From Saprolegnia diclina VS20 (lineage: Eukaryota), in contig NW_008246102.1 in assembly GCF_000281045.1 (NCBI RefSeq), positions 240,992 through 304,991 on the forward strand: DNA of 64,000 bases, read 5' to 3'. The notes beneath the pieces are model-generated. The model ran no database searches and was not told where the DNA came from. It saw only the letters and a program-made list of their open reading frames with translations. Position 1 is the first letter of the stretch, and each line of letters opens with the position of its first letter. Below are positions 51,420 to 64,000 of the stretch, piece by piece. A program made the position numbers and the translations under genes.

Positions 51420-53034
51420 CTAGGCCGCCACGAGCGACGCTTGGCTCATCGCAATCGCCTGCGCCAGCATCTCGGGCGTCAGGACGAGCTTGGATGTCGT
51501 CTCCTCCTTGATCTCGCCTTCTTCGACCGACATGTCGACGTCTTCGTCCGTGCCAGTCGTCACCGCCGACGTGTCGAGCGTCATGAGAATGTCGAGAACC
51601 TTGATGAGCTCCGACGCCTTCTCCTTCGGGCTCTGGACCGACCGGAAGACCTGGGCGAGGTGCGCCTGCGCGCAGAGCCGCGCGACCACGTTGTTGACCG
51701 TCGAGTTGGGCTGGTCGTTCAGAATGAGCTGCGTAATGTGCAAAAAGACATCGCAGGGCAGCTTGACGATCCAGTGCATCGTGTCGTGCTCGTACGGGTA
51801 CCGCTGCGCAATCGCGTTGACGCAGAGGGCCATCATGCGGTCCGTCGACTGGTTGCGGAGGCACTTGCGCACCTCGACGACCTGCAGCAGCATCTGCACC
51901 ACGTCCATGCCCGAGCCCGCGTGCGCCAGCGTCTCGAGCAGCGTCGCGCAGCGAGACGTGAGCGCCACATGCATCTTGAGGATGCGCGCCGCGCAGTACA
52001 AGAGCGCAACGTTGGTCGCGTTGATGTCCATGTTGCCCGTGTACGCGTAGATGCAGGCGAGCTCAAAGGCCGCGGCGCCGCCGGGGAAGTGCGCGTACTT
52101 GAGGACGGCAATGCTGCCGTCGTCCGACTGGGGCTGCTGCTTGAGCTTCGAGCGCAGCTCGGGGCAAGCGACGAGCATTGGGAACCGGTGCAAGTTGAAC
52201 TGAGTGCCCTCGACAACGACGATGAGGTTGCACGTCGACCGGCGCGACGCCCACTCGGGGTATTCGCAGAGCGCGGGCGTGCCGAGGGCGGGCGCGGTCG
52301 TCGCCTTCTTCGTGTGCTTGAGGGCTGGCGACGGCAGAGCCGAAAGCATCTTAGCGACCTTCTTCTTCATCTTGAGCGCATCAATGACAGGCTTGCCATG
52401 GACGTCAACGTTGGCCTGGCGCTTGCGGCGCTTGGCCTCGGCAGCGCTGTTGGGCGTGAGAGGCTTGGGGGTGCTCTTGGACTCAAGGACAGGCGCGAGG
52501 GCGGGCGCGACGATCGTGAGGACGGTAGGCTTGGGCGCGTGCTCAATCGGCGAAAGCGCCGGTTCGGACGCCGAAACACTCGAGTCGGTTTCGTCGAGCG
52601 CACGCTTGGCCTTCAGACTTCGGGACTGCGACGAGACAAGGTTGCGGCAATGGCAGCACGTGGCGCGCGTGCTGTGAAGGCACGTGTCATCCTTCGGGCA
52701 CCCGAGACGCTTGCACGACTTGCCCGAGCCTTCGCGGCGCACGCCACACTTGCCGCCTTCATGCTGGCCGCAGCGGCCGTCGCACGTGCAGTGCATGCAC
52801 TCGCCCGGTCGCTGGGAGCAGTTGGGCAGTGAGCAGCTCTTCCGCAGCTTCCGCGACGTCGAGAGGACCTTGTCAAACGCAGCCGACGACGTGTGGTGGT
52901 GCGAGAGAAACGACGTGGCCGGCTCAGCGACTGGAGAGACGAGGATGAGGCGCGTGGCCGCCAGGAAGAGCGTCGATCTTACCGAGGTCGGTGCTCTTGG
53001 CGTACGCCAGCGTCGGGAGGTCGTTGGGAGACAT
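51420..53034 (-). CDS. BTB/POZ protein (NPH3-type BTB) with an N-terminal Cys/His-rich domain; 2 exons
   Basis: CNLIVVVEGTQFNLHRFPML...FPGGAAAFELACIYAY...NVALLYCAARILKM. Exon 1 MSPNDLPTLAYAKSTDL splices in frame through a GTAAGA donor. Confidence 0.85.
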
Positions 53035-54614
53035 GCTAGCGCCCGCACGGAAATAAGAACGCGGTCGAGTATTCGAAAATGATGGCAAGCGGCTTGGTCG
53101 CGCTCGATGTACCCAAGTTACACAGCCCACTCTATACGCCATACTCAACCCAAGATGTTTTTGGATTCAACGAATCCGAGCTACTAGCGCGACCATGTGA
53201 TTGGCCGTTTTTTAATCGCGAGCATACTTTAATCCAATGAAACGCGGCGTTCTCTGTCACAATCCTTTCTCGAGCTTTGCGCGAGATTACATACTGGCGC
53301 TCCTCCCATCCTCCAGCCTTGCGCGCAAGAAGCAAGCGACCGATGGTGTTCTTCCCGTGCCAAGAGTACGCAGGCTCGACGCAGATAGCGTCGGTCGGCT
53401 CTGGTCCGCCTGCTGGAGCGGCCGCCATGTGCTGCGGCCGAATTTTTTTGAGTGCGTCGCCCAGCTGAGGCCACCGTAGTAGAGGAATGATACCCCAGCT
53501 TCATTCTTATCGATGGCGTCGCCAAGCCAGAGTTTGCCAACGCGAGAGACCCATTGGTCACAGCAACACACGCCCGGCGCACAAAAACGACCGCGCAGAG
53601 GCGTGTCTGTGCAAATGCGCCCACGAGGCCGCCACGCGCTGCGACATGTGGCCGCGGATCAGGTCCCGTGCTGAGGTCGCTTTGCGCGGCGAATCTGCAG
53701 GGTTGGTCGCCTGGTTTTATTCTTCGTGGCGAATAAAAATGCGGTGAAATAGAATGCAAAACGACCGACGCGCACCAGCTGGTAGAATACAAACACGAGG
53801 TATGCGGGAATAGAAACGACGCACGACAGCATTAAAAACGGTTCTTAAATGACGTACGACACGCATTAAAACCAAGGTTGACATGTGCGTCATCCCAAAT
53901 GATCGAGGTCGCCGAACCCGTCCTGTCCGCACGTTGAAGCATCAACCGACCAACATCGTTGGCAAGGATGCTTCGTCCTCCAGTGCGAGCAAGATCGTGG
54001 TACGCCGCTGCCTCGAGAATTGCGGCAAGCTCTTGGCACCTGCGCATCGAACGTGCCGAATCGGAGGTGGATCGGCTATCATCACGCTTGATCGAATGCC
54101 CCACATGAACGGTACTACTGCAACTCGATGACGGGTTTCGCAGGCGACGCGCCGACGGCGTTGTCACAGGCGTGGGTGGCGGCGGTTCTTTATGACTGCC
54201 TCGTCCACGCTGTCGATCCACTTGCATCGCAAGCATTAGGCCTTCGGTCCGCTCTCCACGTGGCTGCTGGCGACGGCGAGAGGCTCGGACGCACGGATGC
54301 GCTCTGCCACTGGCGACTGCACGATCGCCATCCTCGGCCCACGCGCGGCAGCATCCACCACCACCGAGTACTGTGCAGTTGCCGGGGTGTCATTGACACG
54401 GTCGCGCTTCCATGCCACACAAATCCTTGGAGATTGGATATTTCAGTATTCGTTTATAGAGGTAGCTTGATACGCATGCAATGTGAGAGGTTAGATACCA
54501 TTTTATGGTATCTGACGTCTCATATTCCATGCGTATCAAGCGACGGTTGGATTTCCACAAAAATTTTGTGGAGGTTCAAATCCAACCGTCGCGGCTGTTA
54601 CGATCCGCTACATC

Positions 54615-57600
54615 ATGGAGGACGGCCGGCGGCTGCATGCGGTGGTGCCAACCGCGCCGACGCGGCCGCGGAACACGCCGCCGACAACGCCGACGCCACC
54701 GCCCAAGCGTCTCTCGCGCATCCTCAACCTGCACGACATGAAGAAAGCGCAGCAGCCGGCCGTCGACACGCCCGAGAGGGCCCAGCTCGCCGAGCGCATC
54801 TACGCCAAGGGCGTCAAGCGCTCGCTTCAGCACACGGCCATGTACCCATCTAAAGCTACGTCCAACGCGGCCAAGATGGGGTCGTTTGTCGCGACGCCCC
54901 TCGTCACGCGACCAGCGGCCGATAAAGTGCTGGTGCCCCGGCGCCCGGCCCCGGCGTCACCGACGACCATGCCACCAGTGCAGCTCGGCTTTCAGCCTTC
55001 GAAATGTACCTCGCCTCGCGTCGCTGACGCGGTAAGCCGCGTTGCCGCGCCACCGCTGAGTGCGCGCGACGCCTTTTACTTGAGCCAACGTCCGCCTTCG
55101 ACGCCAAAGAAGCCCGCACCCGTTGTAGCTGCCGTGACGCCGCCAGCGGTGGTTGTCGAGGACCGACCAACGCGCGCGACGCTGCTTCACAAGTCGACGC
55201 ACTTGCAGACTTTCACGGAACGGGTCGAAGCAAGCATTGCAGTGCCGGGCGGTGTGCCAGCAGACGCGTTCTTGTACTTGCGGAGCGCCGAGGACGACCC
55301 GTACGATCTGCGTGTGGTCGACCACGACAGCATCGACAGCAGCAACTACTACACGATGAGTCGAGCAGGTGTCACCCACTTTACGGGTCACGGGCAGCCC
55401 GAATTCACGCGCCTTGAGGCGTTTGAGCGCGAACACTACATGTTTACGCTCGTGCGCCAGATCCCCTTCTTCCAAACGTACCGCATCTGGAAACAGTTCC
55501 GCCGCTGGAAGGTCAACGTCCGTGCCGTCAAGACCCGCGCGGCCACCTACATGCTGCAGCACGAGCTCTTTGTGCTGCGCCCAACGTGCGTTGCAATGCA
55601 TGGACTCCGGATCGCTCATGAAGCACGTAGGCTGCATTCGGCGCTCATGGAGCTCCGCGCGCAGTGCTACAACATGAGTCTTTTGCGCATCTTTGGCATA
55701 AATGCGACCCAGACGTACACGTTGAGCGACTTTACCGAGACGCAGCAGGCGCAGATCCTTGCGACGGACAACGCGATCGGCGTCATGGTCTGCGATATCC
55801 TGGCGACGACGCAAGCCACGTGCAACGCCTTTCTTCGCGCCTTCTTGCTCGAGAACGGCTTTACGACGCAAACCGAGCTGCCCGACGACGTCAGTCGCGT
55901 CTTGAGCCAGCTCGCGTCACCACCAAATGACGAAGACGACACCGCTACCACTAGCGAAGCGAGTCGGCGGTCAGTCACGTGGGCCAACGGCCGTGTCGTG
56001 ACGTTCACCGAGCGCGCGGCGATGCGCACGCAGTGCCGAAGCGTTGTCAAGCTCATTCGGCTTGTCGAGTTTTTCGTTGTCGACTCCCTCCTCCTCCTCG
56101 GGCTCTGCAGCACGCACGAGCTGCTCTCGGAAATGCAGCACATTGTTCAGGCCGTGGACGACGTGGCGCCGCCGCCTCAGCCGATTGGCGGGAAATTGCT
56201 TCTCAAGCCGCCGCCTCCCATCGTACCGCTCTTCCGTGTTGAGGTGCGCTTGCACTTGACCACGCTCCACGACGGCAGCGTGCGGTCGCAGCTGCTGTTC
56301 GACCCGAGCTGCGAGGAGCTGCGTGCTGAACTCGAAGGCGTCATCAGCGCCGGTCTTCGGGCTGCGACATCGCGGCCACGGCTCATGGCCGACGCAGGCT
56401 TCGACCCGTATGTGCAGTCGACGCTGGACGATGACGTGGGCGAGCTCAGCCCGGGCTTGAACCTCGATATGATGGTGATGGAGGACGCGGCGCTCCAGGA
56501 CCTCCTCGCCCGCATCTCGGGCGTCGTCACGAGAGCGTTCGATGCGCTCGCAGTGTTCGCCAAGGGCCTCTCGCGCTTCGAGGCGCAGTACATTGCCAAC
56601 CTCGCCTTCATGAAGGTCGCGGGCGACGTCGAGCACCCGGTCAACCTAGGCCGGTCCATCGACGACTTGCGCGACCAGCTGGAGGCCTACTCGACGCAGA
56701 TGACGCAGTTCGAGGCGCTGCCCGACACAACGACCGTCGGTCTGCTTCTCGCCGACTGCAAGGACCTCAACGACCTCCTCAAGCCAAGCCCACGGGCCTG
56801 TATGCACTGCCTGCATACGCTAATTCCCCGCATTGCGCAGTACAAGGTACCTGACACGCACAAAATGATGGTTCGGACGTTGGGTGTAGAACGAGGAGCT
56901 GCTGACCGAAGTCTCGCGCGCCAACGACGCGATTGCTTCGATCCCGACGTCGGTCGACGAGTACGCGGCTGCGGTTGTGGCGCTGCGCGAGACGGAGGCG
57001 CGCATGGGCGACCTGGACGACCGGTACATGTTTCTCAAGCAGCTGTATGCGCTCACGGACGAATTCAAGATACCGGTACGCTGCGTGTACCGGGAACATT
57101 TCGAAATCATGCGAGCAGGTGTCGGACCTCGATGCCACCAATGCGTTCATGCTGGCGCAGAAGCGTGCGCAGCTCAAGACGTCGATGGATCTCTTGGAGA
57201 GCGGGTCGGACGCGTACACGGACAAGTTTTCCAAGGAGCTCGACAAGAAAATCTCAAAGCTCAATACGCTCGTCAACGAACGGTACCGTCTTATCGGTAG
57301 CGCCACGTACAACGATATCGCGTAGACGGGATGAGCTCCATAACGCAGCGCTCGTGGCCGTCGGTAACGACGCCGCCGAGGTCCTAACCCACTTGCAAGG
57401 CATCGACGGACGCCTGCAAGAGTCGGAGTCGATCGGCGCCAAGTACATTGAGTTTCAGAAAGTGCTGGGGCTCGCACAAAGCTCGTTTCAAGACTTGGAC
57501 GAGCTGCGGTACGACCAAATGCACGTCGATGCCAAGCTCAAGCGTTCTACAGTGCGGACCTCGAAGTCAAAAAGCTGCTTTGGACGACGGTCCAGGCGTG

Positions 57601-60600
57601 GGCGGCGGCTTCCGAAGCGTGGAGAGACACACTTTTGTCCGACGTCAACGTTCCGGATGTCGACGAGCGCGTCAACAGTTTTTACAAGACGACACTCGCG
57701 TGCGAGCGGGGCCTCCCAGGCAACGCCGTCGTGCGGCAGCTGCGCGAGACGGTCGAGTCGTTCAAGGACGCGCTGCCAATAGTCGCCGACCTTCGCTGTC
57801 TCCACTTGCGTCCCCGGCACTGGGCAGCGGTGCGCCTTTGTTGCTGCAGAAACCTTTCGATCCCTAGCATGTAGATCAGCGCTGTCTTGCACTTTGACGT
57901 GCTCGCAGATCCCTCGCTGACGCTCGGGCGATTTGTCAGCATGCACTTGCACGCGAGTGCGCCGGCCGTCAACCGCATTGCCACCGAGGCGACGCAGGAG
58001 GCGACGCTGGAGGCAACCCTCGCTCGCATCAATGGGCTCTGGGCCGAGCTCTCGTTCGATGTCAAGTGCCACAACGACCGTCGCGATGTGTATGTGCTCG
58101 GGCCCACGGACGACATTGCGAGCGCGCTCGAGGAAAGCCTCGTCTCGATGAGCACCGTCCTCGCGTCGCGCTTTGTGGAGCCCGTGCGCGACGAGGCGCT
58201 GGCTTTGCACCGCCGATTGGTGCTCTTTCAAGGTATCAAGTTTGGAGCTATGTCGGTCTTGCTGAGAGGTATGCGTAGAGACGCTCGATGAGTGGCTGAC
58301 GTGCCAGCGAGAGTGGATCTACCTCGAATCCATCTTCATGGCGCCCGACATCCAGCGCCAGTTGCCGCAGGAGGCGCAAACATTTGGTACCATCAACACC
58401 TTTTGGAAGGAGCTACTGCTGCGCGCGCACGAGACGCCGCTGTGCATGAAGGCGACAGCGCAACCGGGGCTCATTGAGACGCTTGTCAAGCACAACGGTA
58501 CGTGCCCGTGAAGAGGACGGTGTTGTTACGAGACTGCGTAGCGTCGCTCGAGAAGCTGCGCAAGTCGCTGGAAGACTACCTCGAGACGAAGCGCATGGCG
58601 TTTCCGCGCTTTTACTTTCTCGCGAACGACGAGCTGCTCGAGATCCTGGCGCACACGAAGGAGCCATTGGCGGTGCAGCCGCACTTGTGCAAGTTCTTTG
58701 ACGGTATCGTGCGCCTCGAGTTTGGCGAGGCCCACGGCTCGATCGACATTCTCGCCATGCACTCGGCCGAGGGCGAGCGTGTTCCATTTGGCCGCAACCT
58801 CAAGGCGCGCGGCAACGTCGAGGACTGGCTCGCTGCCGTGCAAGCCAATATGAAGCAGACGCTGCACCGCGCGCTCAAAGGTACTACGCTGTCCGTGAAT
58901 CGATCTAGAGTCAGTGAGATATGTAGTGTGCGTCGGGGACTACGACCACGGCCAGCGGGACTCGTGGCTGCTGCACCACCCTGCGCAATGCGTCGCCAGC
59001 GTCACGTACATGGTTTGGGCGCGCGAGTGCGAGGCAGCACTGCCCTTGCCGGGCGGCGTCGACAAGTACCGGCAACTTGTGCTTGTTCAGTTGACCGGCC
59101 TCACGCGCCTCATTCGGTCGTCGCTGACTCGGCTCCAGCGGTGCGTCGTCACGTCGCTCGTCACGACGGACGTGCACGCAAGAGACATTTTGAGCGACCT
59201 CATTGCGCTCAACGTCACGTCAACCCACGACTTCAATTGGAAAAAGCAGCTGCGGTAGCGCGACGCTCGGCTCCTTGCATCCGTTGATGGCGCGCTGTAG
59301 GTACGGCTGGAACGCCGACGTCGACGACGTGACGATCGCGCAGTCCAATGTTCGCATTCGCTACGGCTACGAGTACATGGGAGCTTGTGCTCGCCTTGTC
59401 ATAACACCGCTGACGGACCGTTGCTGGATGACTATCACAGGCGCGTACGACCTCAAGCTCGGTGCTGCACCGTCGGGCCCGGCCGGCACCGGTAGGGTGC
59501 AAGTGTCGACTCGGTGTCTAACGTTTTGCAGGCAAGACCGAGACGTCGAAAGACCTCGCCAAAGCACTCGCGATCCAGTGCATCGTCTTCAACTGCTCGG
59601 ACCAGATCGACTACAAGACTATGGCCAAGCTGTTTTGCGGCCTCGCGCAGTGCGGGTGCTGGTCTTGCCTCGACGAGTTCAATCGCATCGACATTGAGGT
59701 GCTCTCGGTCATCGCGCAGCAGCTCATGCTCCTACGCCGCGGTCGCTTGGTCGGCGCTGCCGAGGTCTCATTCGAGGGCCGCGTGATCACATTGCGGGAC
59801 CACCACGTCATCGTGACCATGAACCCGGGCTACGCCGGTCGGACCGAGTTGCCCGACAATCTCAAGGTGCATTTCGTTGTTGCTGCAGTCGTGGAAGTCT
59901 CGTCGCTAGATTTGCTTCCGGCCCGTCTCGATGATGGTGCCAGACTACGCGCTCATCGCCGAGATCATGCTCGTTGGCGAGGGCTTTGACGATGCAAGAG
60001 GCCTCTCGCACAAGATCACCAAGCTCTACAAACTCTGCAGCGAGCAGCTAAGCCAGCAGCCGCACTACGACTTTGGCATGCGAGCGGTCAAGACAGTGCT
60101 TCTCATGGCGGGTAGCCTCAAGCGTCAATCCACGGCAGCATCGAGCAGCAGCAGCAGCGAGGATGCCGTGATCCTCAGGGCGCTGCGCGACGCCAACACG
60201 CCCAAGTTCACATCCAACGATCTCCGGCTCTTTGGCGCGATACTGCGTGACCTCTTTCCCCTCATGCATGTGCCCGAGTCGCTCTCGACGGCGCTGGAGG
60301 ACGCGGTTTTGACGCAGACGCGACTGCTAAAGTATACATACCTTGCTAGGTTGGTGCTTTTCGACGACTCCCGTTAGGCTGCAGGAGGTGGCCGCCCTCA
60401 CGCGAAAGACGATCGAGCTCTTTGACATGCTGCAAGTGCGCGTCGGTATTGCGCTCACAGGAGAGAGCGGCAGTGGTAAAACGACGAGCTACGAGCTGCT
60501 GCGCCGGTCCATGGGCGACCTCCGCGACAACGCCGATAGCAGCGACAAGCGCTATCAGCGCGTCGTGCTCACGGTGCTGAACCCCAAGTGCGTGAGCTTG

Positions 60601-63600
60601 GGCGAGCTCTACGGAAGCTTTCACCCTGTCACACGCGAGTGGAAGGATGGACTCGCTTCGGCGCTTCTCCGTGGTATCATTGCCGACGCCGTGGTGCGTG
60701 AAAACGTTCTTTCGACAGGTTCTCACGGTTCGATGCTAGGACGTCAAGACGGGTGTCGAGAAGGCGTCTTTACCGTGGCTCGTCTTTGACGGACCCATTG
60801 ATGCGTCCTGGATCGAGAACCTCAACACCGTCCTCGACGACAACATGACGTTGTGCTTGGCCAGCGGCGAGCGCATCCGGCTTCTTCCTCACGTAGCTCC
60901 GACCCGCTGGTAGCAAGGACTCATATGGCGTAGATACGTCTGCTTTTTGAAGTGAGTGACCTCGCATCAGCGTCGCCCGCCAGTGTCTCGCGCCTCGGCG
61001 TCGTGTACTTTGCGCCCATGACGCTTGGGTGGCGGCCGTTTGTCGAGTCGTGGCTCAACGAGACGCTCGGGTCGGACGTCGACCCCAAGGACGTGTCGCA
61101 CAAGCTCCGAAGTCGCGTGAGCAAGGCGCTCGAAGTTCTCTTTGAGGCGCTGACGTCGGTGCATCAACGCCAAGTGTTGCCCACGACGCTCCTGAGCTGC
61201 GTCGTCAACGCGTGTGAAATGATCTCGCTGCTCCTTGAGAAACAAAGCCGGTGGTTTTCCACAGCGACCGCCGAAAAGCAAGCCAAGTGCATGGATCTTC
61301 TCGTCGTCTTTGCCGTGCAGTGGGCATTCGGCGCCAACGTGCACGAAGACGACGCGACGGTCTTCAACGACCAGCTTCTCACCATCCTCAGCGAGCATCG
61401 GAGTCTGTTTCACAACAGCCTCCTTCATGTTCGTCGTCTCTCTTGTTTGTGACTCGATGCCGATCTGTCGTAGGTGGTTGGAAAGAGCAGCGGTGGGCCC
61501 ATGAGCTGCAGTGGCACCGGCGCCTTGCGCACGGCGGCCGTGCTCTCGGAGTTTTGCATCGACTTTGCGGACCTTGGGTGGAGCCACTGGGAGAACCACG
61601 TGCCGCCCTTCCAGTACGCTATGCACACGCCGATTTTTAACCTGCTCGTGCCAACGGTCGACGTCACCAAGACGTCGTACCTCCTCTCGCTACTGGTTTG
61701 TGTGTAGTTGTCACGAAATTTTCATATTTGGTTAGGTTGGCGGCATGAGACCCATGTTGCTGGCAGGCGAGACGGGCGGAGGCAAGACAGTCATTGCGCA
61801 CGCCGTCATCGACGCCCTCGCCCTACACGGCGACGACGCAGGCATCGGTGTCATTCCTCTCTACATGCACTTTTCGGCGCAGACGTCGAGCGCTGTGACC
61901 CAAGCCACGATCGAAGCCAAACTTGTCAAGAAGCGCAAAACGCTGCTCGGCGCGCCCGTCGGTCACAAGATCGTGCTGTTTGTCGACGACATCAACCTTC
62001 CAGCGGCGGACGCGCACGGGTCGCAGCCGTGCCTCGAACTCCTTCGCCAGCTTCTGACGCACCACGGCGTCTATGACCGTGACAAGTACTTCTGGAAAGA
62101 GATTGCCGACACAGTGCTCGTCGCCGCTGGTGGCCCACCCGGTACGCTCCGCACGCTCGTACCGACCGACAAGTCGTTTTTGTCTAGGCGGCGGTCGCCA
62201 GGCCATGTCGCCACGGCTGCTGCGGCACTTTACGATCGTGGCGCTGCCGGTGGGAAGCGACAATGCGATGCGAACGATCTTTCACGCGATTGTGCTGGGA
62301 CACGCGACTTCTCTAGCGTTTCCGCCGCCAGTGCGAGACTCGGTGCTCCAGACCGTCGACGCGACGCTCAAACTCTACGCGGCCGTGACGGAGACGCTGC
62401 GGCCGACGCCAGCCAAGTGCCACTACGTCTTCAACCTGCGCGACGTGGCCAAGGTGTTTGCCGGCATCCTCCACACGCGGTCGACGTGGACGACCGAGAG
62501 TATTGTCAAGCTCTGGCTGCACGAAAGCATGCGGGTCTTCTACGACCGTCTCGTGAGCGCCGCCGACCGGCACTGGCTGACGACGACGCTCATTGCGCTT
62601 CTCAACAAGAGTTTCCGCGTCAATTGGAGCCACGACCAAATCTTTGGGTCCGACGACGTGATTCCCGTGCTCTTTGGCTGCTACGGGTCCGGTACGATCA
62701 AGGGCTACGAAGAGATCACCGACATGGGCTCGCTCGAAGCGCTCTTGTCGTCGTACGTTGCGGATTACAACACGTTTCGGACGCCGACCTTGCAGCTCGT
62801 CTTCTTCCGCGATACGATTCTCCACGTCTCGTCCCTCGCGCGCGTCCTCCTCCAGCCGCGCGGCCACGCCATGCTCGTCGGTGTCGGCGGCTCTGGGAAG
62901 CGGTCGCTCGCGCGTCTCGCAGCCTCCATGATGGACATGACATGTACCGAGATTGCTATGGGCCGTTCATACGGGCGCAGCGACTTTCGCGACGACCTCA
63001 AGAAGCTTTTGGTCGCGGCCGGCGCCAAAGGCAAGGAGACCGTTCTTCTCTTGCACGAGTCGCAGCTGCAGTGCGACGAGTTTGTCCAAGACGTCAACTC
63101 CCTTTTGAATGCTGGCGAAATTCCGCACTTGTTTACGCACGAAGAAGCCGAGGCGATCCAAGCCGACATGAAGTCGGCGGTCGCAGACGCCGGCCTTGAA
63201 GACACGAGAGCCAACGCCGAGAGCCTCTTTCTGCAGCGCGTCCGGGGCCTCCTGCACGTCGTCTTGTGTTTCTCGCCCGTCGGTCACGGGTTCCGCCTCC
63301 GGTGTCGGCAGTTTCCGTCGCTTCTCAACTGCACAACCATCGACTGGTACGACGCGTGGCCGGCGTCTGCCCTCGTGGTTGTCGCTGAGAGCTATCTTGG
63401 CGACGTCGAGCTCGCGTCCGAGACGGCGCGGGCCGGCCTCGTCGCGATGTTTGCGCGCGTGCACGAGACGCTGCAGGAATCTGCCGCCAAGTTTCTCGCG
63501 ATATGCCAGCGCCACGTGTACATCACACCCAAGGCGTACCTCGATACGATTCGCCTCTACCTGCGCATGCTGTCTGAGAAGCGGTGGCTGGCCAAAGAGG

Positions 63601-64000
63601 CCTACGACCGCCTCTCGGCCGGCGTCGTCAAGCTCGAAGACACAAACGAGCTCGTTGCGCGCCTCCAAGTCGAGCTTACCAACCTTCAGCCCATTCTTGC
63701 CGCCAAGGCGCTCGAAGCCGAGGCGCTTCTGAAGCAAGTGGCCATTGACCAGGCGGAGGCCGCCATCGTCGAGCAGCGGGTACGTTCTTCGTCCACGACA
63801 AGTTGACGCAACTGGGCGTCTAGGTGAGCCACGACGAGTCGATAGTGAAAGCGCAGGCCGTGGACGTTGCCGAGTGCCAAGCCGACGCTCTGCGGGATCT
63901 CGAGATCGCGATGCCAGCGCTCAACGCTGCCGTTCAGGCGCTCGACTCGCTCGACAAGAAGGACATTACCGAAGTCAAGAGCTTCACCAAACCGCCGCAA
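54615..64000 (+). CDS. Axonemal inner-arm dynein heavy chain (DNAH6-like), 5' part; continues beyond the window
   Basis: [45 protein letters not shown]1 [21 protein letters not shown]2 [11 protein letters not shown]3 [11 protein letters not shown]4 [10 protein letters not shown] and the start of the stalk coiled coil. Many short introns. Confidence 0.96.

Noticed and set aside
54128..54420. Ankyrin-like SALHVAAGDG upstream of the dynein gene
   Set aside because: An isolated motif with no second repeat or coherent gene structure.

Overview
Gene-dense, GC-rich eukaryotic DNA with many short (~40-60 nt) GT-AG introns and an oomycete-type INR+FPR core promoter. It is most consistent with a saprolegnian oomycete (Saprolegnia/Achlya/Aphanomyces-like); this is an inference. 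About 21 protein-coding loci are visible: an inverted pair of degenerate Ser/Thr kinase paralogues, Rpp14-like RNase P/MRP subunit, receptor-like TKL pseudokinase, RPL27, BuGZ/ZNF207, MLO-like protein, malic enzyme, ApaG protein, DUF4419 protein, EPG5, ELM1, a frameshifted alpha/beta hydrolase, a bacterial-type ACT protein, a STE kinase with 3 SH3 domains, a 3'-5' exonuclease, a TPR protein, a nucleotide-sugar transporter, a Cys-rich/NPH3-type BTB protein, two hypothetical proteins and the 5' part of an axonemal dynein heavy chain. There is also a (GATA)21 microsatellite and a 495-N gap. I found no CRISPR array, rRNA, tRNA or intact transposon, and no convincing multi-gene novel system. The most notable observations are mutually compensating frameshifts in one kinase paralogue, a palindromic element shared upstream of both kinases, a ~32-bp-phased CCAAT array, a hairpin-forming RPL27 intron and several unusual domain architectures. 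Family calls come from motif recognition by eye, not database searches, and exon boundaries are approximate.
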